NCBI GenBank assembly: GCA_050613775.1
Contig: JBODTK010000123.1
Coordinates: forward strand, 124,001 to 188,000
From: Neocallimastix sp. 'constans'
Lineage: Eukaryota
DNA: 64,000 bases
Reading direction: 5' to 3'
Under the pieces are notes generated by a model. That model had not been told where the DNA came from. It saw only the letters and a program-made list of their open reading frames with translations, and made no database searches. Made by a program: the position numbers and the translations under genes. Below are positions 51,311-64,000 of the stretch, piece after piece; the stretch's first letter is position 1, and each line of letters begins with the position of its first letter.

Positions 51311-51973
51311 AAATATTCAATAAATAGATGAATGATTACTTTTACCATAACTATTTTCTGTAGCTTTTTTACTTTTGATGGTAAATGATGACTATATTTA
51401 TATTCATATCTTAATCCTAAAAATTCAATTATATTCTAATATTAAATAATGAGTTGTCAAAACTAAGATTGAATAAATTTCTTGAGTGAATAAACTTTGA
51501 TTTCTCATTATTAATTTACATAATACCTTGCATTAATTTCAATAATGAACTAATACGATTTAATGACATCATTATTTTTTATATTATTTTTTTCTTTTTT
51601 TTTTTTATATTATATGTATTTTTCATTGAAATGATTTTTGTCATTTAAATTATTATTGCCATTTAAATTTTTATTTTTAATATTTCCCCTCATCAACGTA
51701 TGTAGGATTTTTATACACCCAAGGTAATTGGGAAGTAGAGTAAGTAAGAAAGTTTAGAGATTTTCTTAAGTATACTTAAGTATAGACTAATCATTCATGT
51801 TGGATGTCATTATTTAAGAAACATTATTATATTTTAATTATCATTTATTTAAATTTTTAAAAATAATCCTATATTATATTTATATTTAAAAATATTTATA
51901 TAATTTTATTTTTTTTTATAAGGCTATTTATAAATATAAATATAAATAAAAATATAAACATTAAACAATTTAA

Positions 51974-52324
<351 letters not shown>

Positions 52325-52438
52325 TGGTAAATTAAATTTTTTTTTAGATGTAAAGTTTTCCTCTTAATATTCGTGATGTAATCAGAAAGAATCCTATATT
52401 CTTTGAAGAGTTCACATAATTCTTTAAAAAAAACTAGA

Positions 52439-52515
52439 TATATCACTTCAAAGTTTTAAATTTTTAATCCTTATCTAAATTTAAATGTTTTTCATGAGAT
52501 AGTTTCTTAATTGTA
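52439..52515 (+). repeat. Left copy of a ~77-bp direct repeat flanking the LINE (putative target-site duplication)
   Basis: TATATCACTTCAAAGTTTTAAATTTTTAATCCTTATCTAAATTTAAATGTTTTTCATGAGATAGTTTCTTAATTGTA matches 54642-54719 with about 5 substitutions and 1 indel by manual alignment. Confidence 0.85.
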
Positions 52516-54641
52516 AATAATTTTTTTTTTTTTTTTTTTTTTTTTTAATTAGATTAGAGAAAACTTTATTTAATTTATAATAGAAAAATTACATGATTTT
52601 AAAGAAAAAAAACATAAAATAAATGAAATGAAATATTATATATTATATAATTATAAAAGAGCGTTTAGAAGCAATGGTTTCTAACTTTTCCCATTCATCG
52701 ATGATAATTCTACGTCCATAATTGCGAATAATAATTTCAGTATTAGCGTTATCAACCGAATCTGTATCAGATATTTCACCAGGAGGTGAAAATCCCATGC
52801 CTTATCATTTCGACGTCGACGCTCTTAGCAACGGTAGATTCAATAGATTCAACGAAATACCATTTCATCATCAATCTAAAAGATCGACAAATTAATGGTA
52901 TTACGTTTGTTAGAAACTCTACAATCCCCATAAAACATGGAAGAGTCGATGAAGTTGAACTTTGTTTAAAAATATTGTCAACTAATTGTCTTAGTACCCC
53001 ATCATTAACTTTAATTTTTTTTATATATTGAACATCCGCCAGGAAGAGCATTCAATATAAAATAATAAATATTATTATCATAATCCTTTTCTGAATCTAA
53101 AGAAACGTCCAAGGATTTTTGTTCATTTATCATTGTAAATTTCAAAAAGAGATCATCTAGAAAAGGTAAAGATTTACTTCTGTAATTTTCTAATTCTTTA
53201 CAGGAAAAGATCCAATGAGAAAAGCTCCGTATACTATCACCACAACATGGGCAACATTTAGGGGTAATCTTCTGAGACTATTTTTCTTTTAATGGAAATA
53301 CTAATGTCAAATTTAAAGCCACACTTAATTCGAGAAATCCAAAAGAATCCTAATTGATACTTAGGATATTGAAATGTTAAGTTTTTGATTTCTTAAATAA
53401 ATCCAAAATCATTCTCCTTGAAAATAACTGCTTTTTTAGCTTTTGAGTGTTTGAAGACATCTCTTTCCCAACAAAACTTTTTTATTTCACTTGTTTTCTT
53501 ACCATTTAATTTCATATCCAAAGTCCTAGGATTCTTTAGTCCATGAGTAATATGACATAGTAGGAATATTATTAGTGAGATGATTAATAATACATGATGA
53601 ATTTTTCCATTTTCTAAAGCATCGTAATTGAGATATAGCACAGACATCTGAAAGAGGAGGTATTCTCAATTCACGAGTAATATCATAGAGACTAACAGAA
53701 GAATTGCGAGATTTAAATACATAACTCCAATAAAGTCCTCTATTAATAATTTTTTGAGCTTTGGAACATCTGCTCTTATTTGAACCAAAGAGAGGAGCAT
53801 AATATATATAACATGGCTAAGAATAAACGAAATTAAAACATATTTCTTCAATGGGAGAGGAATAAATTTATTAATAAGAAATCGAAAGTACGAATTTAAC
53901 TTGACATTTAAATTACTATTTAATTTGGATTGTATAGGTTTCAATGATAAAGATTCATCAAAAAAGAATACCAAAATAAGTATAGTTGTCAGTTTTAGAT
54001 AATTTGTTACTACCAATAAAGAGAGATGGATCTTTGTAATTTATCGGTTTAACAAAGTTAATGGGTTTTTCAGCAAGAGTAGCACACTTATTAATTCCAA
54101 AAGTCACTTCATTTTTAATAGCCCCTTCATGAACTTTATTCAAAATTTTCTTAAGAGCTTGTTTAGATGGAGCAACTAAAACAATATCATCCGCAATAAG
54201 TCCACCACAACAATATTGAGAATCTAAATATACACCATACTTATCACAATTATCCAGTACATCGTTATTGAACAAATTGAATAAGATAGGAGATAGAGGG
54301 CATCCTTGTCTAACACCACAATTAATCGAAAATTCTTCTGAGAGATTACCATTAAAAAAAGCACGAGCTTTAGAGGATAGATAAAGATTCTTTAAAAATA
54401 GATAACATTTATCTCTAATTCCTATGTTATATAATTTGGTCAAAATATTAAAGAAAGGTACCGAATCATAGGCTTTTTTAAGATCAAAAAAAGTAAGATA
54501 AGTAAAAAAATTTCCATTAAATTTTCTTCTTTGACATATTTCCCTAATTGAAATATATAACCTTATGCATTCTTCCTTATTTCTAAATCCAAATTGTTCA
54601 GGTCTAACAAATTTATGGTCTAAGACATATTTAGCAATTCT
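52516..54641 (-). mobile_element. Degenerate 5'-truncated non-LTR retrotransposon (LINE): RT, CCHC knuckle and poly(A) tail
   Basis: Minus-strand translation gives RPEQFGFRNKEEC..FFDLKKAYDSVP..GVRQGCPLSPILFNLF..GGLIADDIVL..FGINKC..YTYFGI (RT), then CPCCGDSIRSFSHWIFSC (zinc knuckle). It carries frameshifts and stops. The + strand T-run at 52520-52546 is the element's poly(A) tail. Confidence 0.92.
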
Positions 54642-54719
54642 TATATCACTTTAAAGTTTTAAATTTTTAATCCTTTTATAAATTAAAAATGTTTTTCATG
54701 AGATAGTTTCGTAATTGTA
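54642..54719 (+). repeat. Right copy of the ~77-bp direct repeat flanking the LINE
   Basis: TATATCACTTTAAAGTTTTAAATTTTTAATCCTTTTATAAATTAAAAATGTTTTTCATGAGATAGTTTCGTAATTGTA abuts the point where the RT reading frame is truncated. Confidence 0.85.
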
Positions 54720-55123
54720 GGTAGGACAGTGAAATATTGAACATTTTAATACCTATAATACAATAAACATAGCAAAGAACATATATATATAATTTGATAA
54801 TTTTTTATTATTATATTTATTTTTATTATTTTTATTATTTTTATTATTTTTATTATTTTTATTATTTTTACTATTTTATTATTATTTTTTTTTATTATTT
54901 GTACATGTTAAAAATATATATATTATATGGTATTAAATATTATTATTTAAATATAATATATAAATTCAAAAAAAAAAAAAAAAAAAATTAAAATTAAAAT
55001 AAAAAAGTTTATAATTAAATATAAAAATACTTTTTATCCTCACTTTAAATTAAAATACAATTATTTTTATAAGATAATTAAATATCATACTATATATATA
55101 TTTTATATTATATATATTATATC

Positions 55124-55155
<32 letters not shown>

Positions 55156-55577
55156 TTTTAGTTTAATAAAAGATTTTTATAATTTTCTTTTAATTTTTTA
55201 TTAAAAACAAATGCTTAAATATAAATAATACTAATACTAATAATAAAAAGTAGATAAAGAATCCTCTAATCATTTAAAAATTCCCAGTATTTTTTTTTTT
55301 TATCAATTTCTTTTTATTCTATTTTTAGAGATATTAAATAGAATAATTATAATATATATATATATATACATAAACTATATATATATATATTGTTATTAAA
55401 ATTTTAAGTATTGACTTTAAAAAAAAATTTTGAAATATCATTAATAAGTATATTCATTAAGTATTTTTAATGTTATGATTTATTAATTCTATTTTAAATT
55501 GATTTCTTTTTTTTTTTTTTTTTTCTTTTCTAAAATAAAATATTTAATTTATAATTTATATGAAATTTTTGTTTATA

Positions 55578-55614
<37 letters not shown>

Positions 55615-55636
55615 GTTTATTTGTTTTTAACTTTAT

Positions 55637-58600
55637 TTATACATGAGCAAATTCATCCTCCTTATCATAGATAACATTATCATGATGAACCGTTCTAAAT
55701 ACCATAATACTGGAAAGAACTTCATGTTTTAATGTCATTAAAGTACCACCTAATTCACCTAATAATATTTGTTGACGACGTTTAAATCCTTTAAAATCAG
55801 CATTATTTGTTTTATTGTTGTCATGTATATTAGATCCAGAATGTTGAGAATGGACACTTGTTGGAAGAGAAGCTCTTGATGGATTGTTACTGTGACGATA
55901 GAATAAATTAGATAATGGATTATTATTGGATGAATTTTGATTTGATTCATGATGAACTGAACTTTGGATGGTTTGATGATTAGAATGAATTTCATTAATG
56001 ATATTTTGAATAAGAGGTTGCATGTTGTGATGATGACGATAGGCACCAGTACGACCTATAATAATTAAATCATGTTTACCATATTCAGTACATTTTTTAA
56101 TGGCTAATTTCACTGGATCAGTTGTTTCTATTTCTTCATAGATAATATTATCAGAAACATTAAGATCTTCTGGTAGGATTTCTTTTGGAATTCTTGATGG
56201 TTTACGTTCATTCATTATTTTTTCTGAAGAAGAAGAAGAATAAGTAGCAGTAGATACTTTAGTATCATTACTTTCATTATCATCATCAATTGATATTGGT
56301 GACTTTCGTTGTTGATGTTGTTGTTCCTGTTCTCTTTCTTGTTTTTCTTTTAATTCTTTTTCTTTTTCTTTATTAGCAACCAATGCATTAGTATTTTCAC
56401 GAGATTTAGTTAATAAATCTGGTAAACTTCTTTTCGGTTTTTCTTCAGTTATATCATTTTCATTTTCATTTTCATTTTCATCATCAATTTCAATTTTAAT
56501 TTCATTTCTCTTTTCCTTATCCGTTTCTTTTTCTATTTCCTTATTTTTAATACTTTGTTTATCTTTCTTAAACAATGCATTTTTTAATAATTTACTTTCC
56601 TTTTTGGATTTCTTTTTGGTAACTAATTCCGCTTTTTCTACTATATCACTTGAATTAAAATCATCCATCATAAATTTTTTTGGATAAATATTATATTTTT
56701 TGGCATCTTCTTCATTATACTGTCCGGTTATGAGCGCTTCTAAGGTAATTTTTCCTTTAGCTTTTATATATTGATTAACATAACTTATAAATTCATCATC
56801 TAATTTAGTTTCTTCATCATCTGGAACCATATAAATCATATTACTAAAGTTTGATTTTTCAGATCTTATGGAGGTGGCCGTGTGCTGATTGATCTCCTCA
56901 TTATTTAATGGTAAATCTATTTTACGAATACGTAATATATGAATATCTATATCTTTTGAAGCAGAAAGTTTAATTACAAATTTTAAAGCTTCACGATCAT
57001 CTGGTCCACCCATGAATGGAATAAACACTTTTGGTTTTTCATCATCATAATCCATATTGGAATTAGAGCCGTTAATGTAGCCATTCTTTTTCAATAATGG
57101 ATGATCCTCATGAACGATGGATTCATGGAAATGTCCAAATCCATGATCAATGAAGGCTGCTACAGCGGCTCTCTTTGTGTTATTATAGACATCGGCAATT
57201 AAATCTTTATGATGACCGGAAGACCAAACTTCTAACCAATTTTCAAGGGTTCTTTGACGAGTTTCCAAATCTAAAGGTACCCAAGGTAAAATTACTAAAT
57301 CGGCCTTGGTTCGTCTTGCGGTTTGAATAATATAATCTGGATATTCTGTAATTTTTGCCGCAGCCAATTGCCAATTAATTGGAATCTTATTGACTGAAAT
57401 GGATTGGAAAAAACTGTAAATTGGATCGCGTTGTAGAGCACCTCCAGAATCTACCATCATTAAGAAGGTGGAAGTACGTTCATCCAATTGAGTAAGACGT
57501 AAGGCTGTAATATTAAATTGAATTTGCATTTGACGAATTTCATGTTGATTGTAGTAGGGATAAATAATTTGTAAGATGTTTAACATCGGTGAGACAAAAT
57601 TAATATTGAATAGGCACATCATTACATTGTAGTCATTCTTCATTTTGAGTTCATTAATTTGCGTTTCACGTAGTTCATTTAATCTAATTTCATCCTCAGA
57701 TTTATCATCGGTGAGACTATCATCCGGATGATATAAGGCGGCCACCGCGGGTGTAGTAATTAAGGTTGTGACAATGGCCATAATAACCATAATCACAAAA
57801 ACTCTTTCATCGATAACCCCTGCTTCACGACCTATGTTTAATACAATTAATTCAACAAGACCTTTTGTGTTCATTAAAATACCAAGAGTAATCGACTCTC
57901 GTAAAGTTAATCCACAGAAACGAGCCGCCACGGAACTAAAGAATATTTTACCAAAACAGGCCATAGCAATTACCAATATAAGCATACCCCAAACAGACCA
58001 TGAGTTCAATGCTGATAATTTAGTTTGTAAACCGGAATACGCGAAATATAATGGGACAAACATGACCGATATGATATCTTCAATTTTTTCGGTTAATTTG
58101 ATAGCAAATCCACTTTCATTTGGAATAATTAAACCGGTTAAAAAGGCACCAAAAATAGAGTGAATACCGATAGCTTCAGTAAACCATGAAGAAGCTAAAA
58201 TTAAAGCAAAAGTAATGAAGATCATAAATACGTTTAGGTCTTCACGAGTAGAAGAAAGTTGCATTAACTTATTGAATACTTTTTTAACAGCAGTCATCAT
58301 AAAAATAGCAAATGCAAACCCAGCAATTAAAATATAAACACAAGTAATAGAAGAAGAACTGGAGTTAACAATACTAATTACTAAAGCCAAGAAAACCCAA
58401 GAAGCAGCATCACCAACAGCAGCAGCAGAAATAGCTGTCATTCCGACTTTGGTCATCAATAGTTTTCTATCAGTTAAGATACGAGCTAATACTGGAAAAG
58501 CGGTAATTGACATACTAACCCCAATGAAAAGCATGAAGGAAGTGAAAGGAACATCATCTGTAGAGAATTTATTATATAAAAGAATACTTGCTGCAATACT

Positions 58601-59465
58601 CAATAAAAATGGGAAAATAATCCCAGTGGCACTGATAATTAATGATTCTTTCATATGAGCCTTCATTAATTTTGTATCCAATTCCAAACCAACTAAAAAC
58701 ATAAAGAAGATTAAACCAAATTCTGAAAATGCTTTTAATACTGGCATGGATTCTTCTGGGAAAATATTATCTGTCCATGCTTGCCAATTACCAAGAACTA
58801 TAGTTTATAAGTATAATTATGTATTTTTTGTTTGTTTATTTGTTTGTTTTGTTTTTTATTTTCATCATTTTATAAATATAATTTAGTATATAATAATATA
58901 TATTAAATATGGTAAATTAAATAAATCATAAAATTATTAATTATTCTTTTTTTTTTAATTTATAAATTAATTTAGTATAAATCATAGATTTTAATTTAAT
59001 TGAAATTCTTACCTGACGGACCCAGTACAATACCAGTTAATACTTCTGCAATTACTCTGTATAATTAAAAAAAAAAAAAAATAATAATAATATATATAAA
59101 TATAAATTTAAATTTTATAAATATAAATATATTTATATTTATATTTAATATACATATATATATATTTTATAATAATTATTTATATTACCTAGGCTGTTTC
59201 AATCGAACCAAAACAACACTAAGTAAACGTGTCATAAATATGACAACTAAAATCTATTACAACAAAAATTATACAAATTTTATTAATATTTATGTTCATA
59301 TCTATTCAATTAAAAAAATTTTTTTTCCATTTATTATATATCAATAATATTAATAATATATAATGCTATATAAATGTTAATATTTACTTGAACCATAAGT
59401 AAAGATATGGCATTTTCTGGTTTAATTGGGTTTTCACCTGCAAAAATACCCCCTGATCCTGTCAT
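55637..59465 (-). CDS. KHA1: K+/H+ antiporter of the CPA2 family (KHA1/CHX-like)
   Basis: Exons 59465-59388, 59253-59189, 59056-59013 and 58797-55637. Motifs: LKQPRVIAEVLTGIVLGPSVLG, FMFLVGLELD, SITAFPVLARIL, GIHSIFGAFLTGLIIP, GILMNTKGLVELIVLNIG, and C-terminal PFMGGPDDREAL. Confidence 0.93.
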
Positions 59466-59480
59466 ATTTATTATATTTTA

Positions 59481-59518
<38 letters not shown>

Positions 59519-59986
59519 ATTTATTATTTAATTATTAATTAAACTTTGTTTAAATAATCCTTATTTTTTTATTATTTTTCTTTTTCTTATTTTCAATAAT
59601 ATGAAATTATTTCCTTTACTGAATATCTATATAATTGTTATAATATAATAATAATATTTAATGAAAAAAATTTATTAGAAATACTATCAATAAAATATAT
59701 TAATTATTTAAAATTTTTGAAAATATTAAATATTTCATTTATATATATATATATATTTTTTTTTTTTCTAAAATAAAATATTTATATAGCAATATATCAA
59801 CATAAATTGTTATTGATATTATAAAAAAATAATATATAAATAGGTTTACTATTTACTGGTATTTCTGAATATTTTTGAATTTTTTATTATTATCAAAATT
59901 TATTTTTTTATTAATTTTTAAAAAAACTATTGTTATTTGTTATTATATATATACTTTTTTCCCCCTCTTCTTTCATACATATGAAT

Positions 59987-60017
<31 letters not shown>

Positions 60018-61116
60018 CATATATATATATTTTTCTTTTAAATTGTTGATTACTAAATGGAATTTTAATAATTATTATCAATATTTTGAATACTATTTTA
60101 TTAATTAATAAAACTATTTAAACGTTATATATATATGTATCTTCAAATCTTTATTGTTATTTATCAAGTTATACTTTATTGAATATATATATAACAAATA
60201 ACAATAAAAGTAAAAACAAATACAAAAAAAATAAAAAATTTTTTATTTTATGTGATTTTACTATATTTTAATTTTCATTATTCCTTTCTTCATTAATATA
60301 AATATTTCTAAATATCCAAATAGTTTTTTATTATTATTATTTCTCCCTCTATTTTCCATTTAATATGTTTAACTATTTTATTCATCCTGTATTAAAATAT
60401 AATATCGAAGTTTCAGTTATTTACATTTTTATTTTTTATTCCCAATACTTTTAATTAAAAATTCTTTGATTTCCTGCTTATCCTTTTCTATTATTATTTT
60501 TTGAATTTTTTCATTTTATCTTTCATTTTCCCAATTACTAAAACTTATTTTTCATATACATTATTCAGAGTTGTTCTATAAATATATTCAATATATATAT
60601 ATATATAAATAAAAAAAAAGCTTACTTTTTAATAAAACTATATTTCACAATAATATTTTATGAATGGTTAAATGATATTTAAGAATATTAAATTTATTTT
60701 TAATATTAAAAGTTTTGTTATTCGTTATTAATTTGTTATTTGTTATTAATGTAGATTTATTTGTTACTATTGTAGTGTTTTTTTTTTTTTTTTTTTTATT
60801 TCTTTTGTTTCTTTTGTTTTGAAAAAAAAAAATTATAATAAATATGATTAAAAAAAATTTAAACTAAAGTCAAAACTTCAAATTTTCTTTATTATAACAG
60901 AAAAAAAAATATTAAAAAAAATTTTTAATGAGAATTGATGGTATTTATATAAAAAATTTTTTTTATTATTTATTACATTTTTCCAAAAAAAAAAAAAGTT
61001 TGTTATTTCTTAATCATAAATTATTTGAATCAATTAAAAATTAATTACAATAATTAGTAATTTATTACTGTTATTATTTAAAATTTAAATTTTAATTATT
61101 TCTCATATAATTAATT

Positions 61117-61147
<31 letters not shown>

Positions 61148-61660
61148 TTTGATTGTTATAAATTAAAGATAATTATTTTATTTCTATTTTTACATTAATA
61201 TATTATTAAAATATATTGATAATATATTTTATATTATATGATTAAAAGTGCTTAGACCATTATATATAATACTACTAAAAAATTTAATATAATTTTAATT
61301 ATTTTATACAATTTATTATTAATGTAAAACTTTTTTTGCTTTTTATTTTCTACGTATATTATAATATATTAATAATATATTAATAATTTGATTTAATTCT
61401 TTTTATTTCTTTTTTATAATTTTTATTTTATTTTTTTTTTTTTTGAATTATTAAATTAAATTTTATATAAAAAATTAAATTTAATTAAAGAATTTATTGT
61501 ATATACATTAATATATTATATTTAATTTAATTAAATGATAACAAATAAGAAATAACAATTAAAAAAATAATAAAATAAAAAAAAATAATCATTATTCTCA
61601 GTTATAGTTTTTTTTTTTATTGATAAAATAAAAATCATATGTTTATGATTGATTCTTGTA

Positions 61661-61838
61661 TTTATTTTATTTTATTTTATTTTATTTTATTTTATTTTAT
61701 TTTATTTTATTTTATTTTATTTTATTTTATTTTATTTTATTTTATTTTATTTTATTTTATTTTATTTTATTTTATTTTATTTTATTTTATTTTATTTTAT
61801 TTTATTTTATTTTATTTTATTTTATTTTATTTTATTTT
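61661..61838 (+). repeat. (TTTTA)n pentamer microsatellite
   Basis: About 35 perfect TTTTA units. Confidence 0.97.
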
Positions 61839-64000
61839 AAGATTTTTTTTTATCACGAAATTGAGAATAAAATACTAGTACTTCTATTTATTATAAAGCC
61901 ATTTTAAATAAATAAATGAAAAAAATATATATAGCGTCTTTATTTATATAAGTATAAGTATTATTATATATTTAAAACTTAATTGAAGTCTATAATAATA
62001 TGATTATGGTAAGTTTAATGCTTTTTTGGTATATGAATATTTTTTAAATTATATTTTTATATCGTTAAATAAATTTTTGCCAATAAATAATCATTATTAC
62101 TATAAATATTGTATGTATTTATTGAATTTATATTAATATTATCATATCAATAATATAAAAAAAAGTATTATTTTTTTTTATTAATTGGACTTCATTATTA
62201 ATTATTTTTTATTTTTTTTTTTTTATTATATAAATATAGTATAATAATTTATTATTATTATTAATAATAATACTATTACTAATTATTTATAATTAATTAT
62301 TTGTTTTAGCATTGTTTTAAGAAGTAATAATAAGAATTAATTGATTATTAATATAATATTAAAATAAAAATATCTTTTTTAATATCATTTTTTTTTAGAA
62401 ATAGGTATATATCAATTCAAAATATATTTACATGGAATAAAAGTCATCAAAAATTATTAACATTTTGAAAATAGAAAATACAATTAAATAAAAATTTTGT
62501 ATTATATATATAATTATATATATAATAATTAACTATATTCATATTTAGAATAAACAAATTCAAAACATAAGCACTATTTTAAACCTATAATCTTTTTATC
62601 ACTATAAAGTATAAAATGAAAATAAAAATTTTATTATATCAAATTTTTATATACTTTAAGTTATAAATGTTTATATAAATAATAGAACTTGTAATATTAT
62701 CAACAATTATTTATATTTTATTTTCAATTTTTTAATTTCTATATCAAATTATATTATATTCACATACATGCTGTATACGAAGTAATACTACATGAATAAC
62801 TAATAAAGAGTATTGAGTTGTAATTATGGCTATGCGGAAATAAAAACCTCATCATTAATTAATATATGTTTTTCATAACACATAGATAAAAAAATCAGTA
62901 TTCAAATTTATTCTAATGATTTAAACACGTGATATATATTTTGATATTGCAGACTTTTATCTGCAATAATTAATAAGTTTTATTAATAAAATTATAATAT
63001 TCGTACAATTAAAATAATAATTCTAATTCCTAAAATTTACAAAAGAGTCTTCAATTTCTAATATAAATAATTTAATCTATTTCTAAGAAATAGGTAAAAT
63101 ATTAATTATATATTCTAATATATAGAACTAAATTAATTTTATAAGAATTAAAGTATTATAATTATTATAATTATAATAATACATATTGAAATAAAGTAAA
63201 ATAAAATAATTATTAAAAAGATATAAATTTAATATTTAATAATTATTATTAAATATACAAATATGTTACTACACGTATTTATTTTATATCAATTTTTAAA
63301 ATTATATAATTGAAAAAAAAATTCTCAATTCTGAAATATATTTTAAAATCTATCATTTAGTATTATTTCTTAATAATAAGAGAGTATATTGAAAAATAAC
63401 AATTAAAGTTACAAAAATATTGCATAAATTTTTCTATTGTATTTATAATTTATAATTTATTTATCATTAAAAACTTTATTTTTTTTTTTAAAATAAATTT
63501 CAAAAACCTTATTTTTTTTTTTTAATGTATATTAATTTTATATAAATAATATTAATAATATTTTAATTAATTTCAAAAAAAAAAAAAAAAATTGAAATAT
63601 TCTTTCTGAATATAATATATTTAAAAATAGAATTTTATTATTTATTTTCAGAGATATTTAAATTATAAATAATTTTAGCATATCAATATTCCGAATTATA
63701 TGGAAAATATTTAAAAGTTTAGAATATCATTAATATACAATATCTGATAATTCATTGATAATTATGCATTATTTATTGGATAAATTTTATTAAAATATTT
63801 TTTATTTTCTTTTAAATATAAAATAAAAAATATTTTTTTTTTATCCAAAGGGTGATTGACTATATAAAATTTAATTTTTTTAAATAAATAATATTAAACT
63901 TTTTTTTTTGTTTGAAAGTACGGTTTAATAATATTTTATATTTTATAATCAATTTTTCATTTCATTCTAAATAATTTAGTATACTATATATGGATAAAAT

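Noticed and set aside
51682..51697. Minus-strand TTGATGAGGGGAAA resembling a hammerhead ribozyme core
   Set aside because: C3 is not conserved, and I could not find stems I and III or a correctly placed cleavage triplet.
52640..53100. Restriction-like endonuclease domain after the LINE zinc knuckle
   Set aside because: No convincing PD-(D/E)xK motif in the frameshifted C-terminal region, so the clade is left unassigned.

Overview
Extremely AT-rich, intron-containing eukaryotic DNA with GT-AG introns, long homopolymer runs and microsatellites. A pair of fungal dockerin (NCDD/CBM_10) modules and a Gal_Lectin-GT34 fusion point to an anaerobic gut fungus (Neocallimastigomycota; inference). Nine spliced or single-exon genes could be reconstructed by hand. 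They are: the 5' end of TOR kinase (-), an Ark1/Prk1/NAK endocytic kinase (+), a low-complexity hypothetical protein (-), a protein with two tandem FYRN/FYRC modules (-), a secreted two-LysM protein (+), a BolA-family protein with an organellar-type presequence (+), a SUEL/Gal_Lectin-GT34 glycosyltransferase (+), a secreted histidine-phosphatase-fold protein with a Thr-rich linker and two dockerins (-), and a KHA1-like cation/H+ antiporter (-). There is also a decayed, 5'-truncated non-LTR retrotransposon with a poly(A) tail, flanked by an unusually long ~77-bp direct repeat. The most interesting observations are the dockerin-tagged phosphatase-fold protein with RHG changed to MHG, the long-TSD LINE that may be nested in an older LINE, the double-FYR protein, and an isolated GC-rich nested hairpin at ~41.3 kb. 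No database searches were run; family calls rest on recognised motifs. Most short ORFs in the supplied track are low-complexity artefacts. I found no clear multi-gene novel system.
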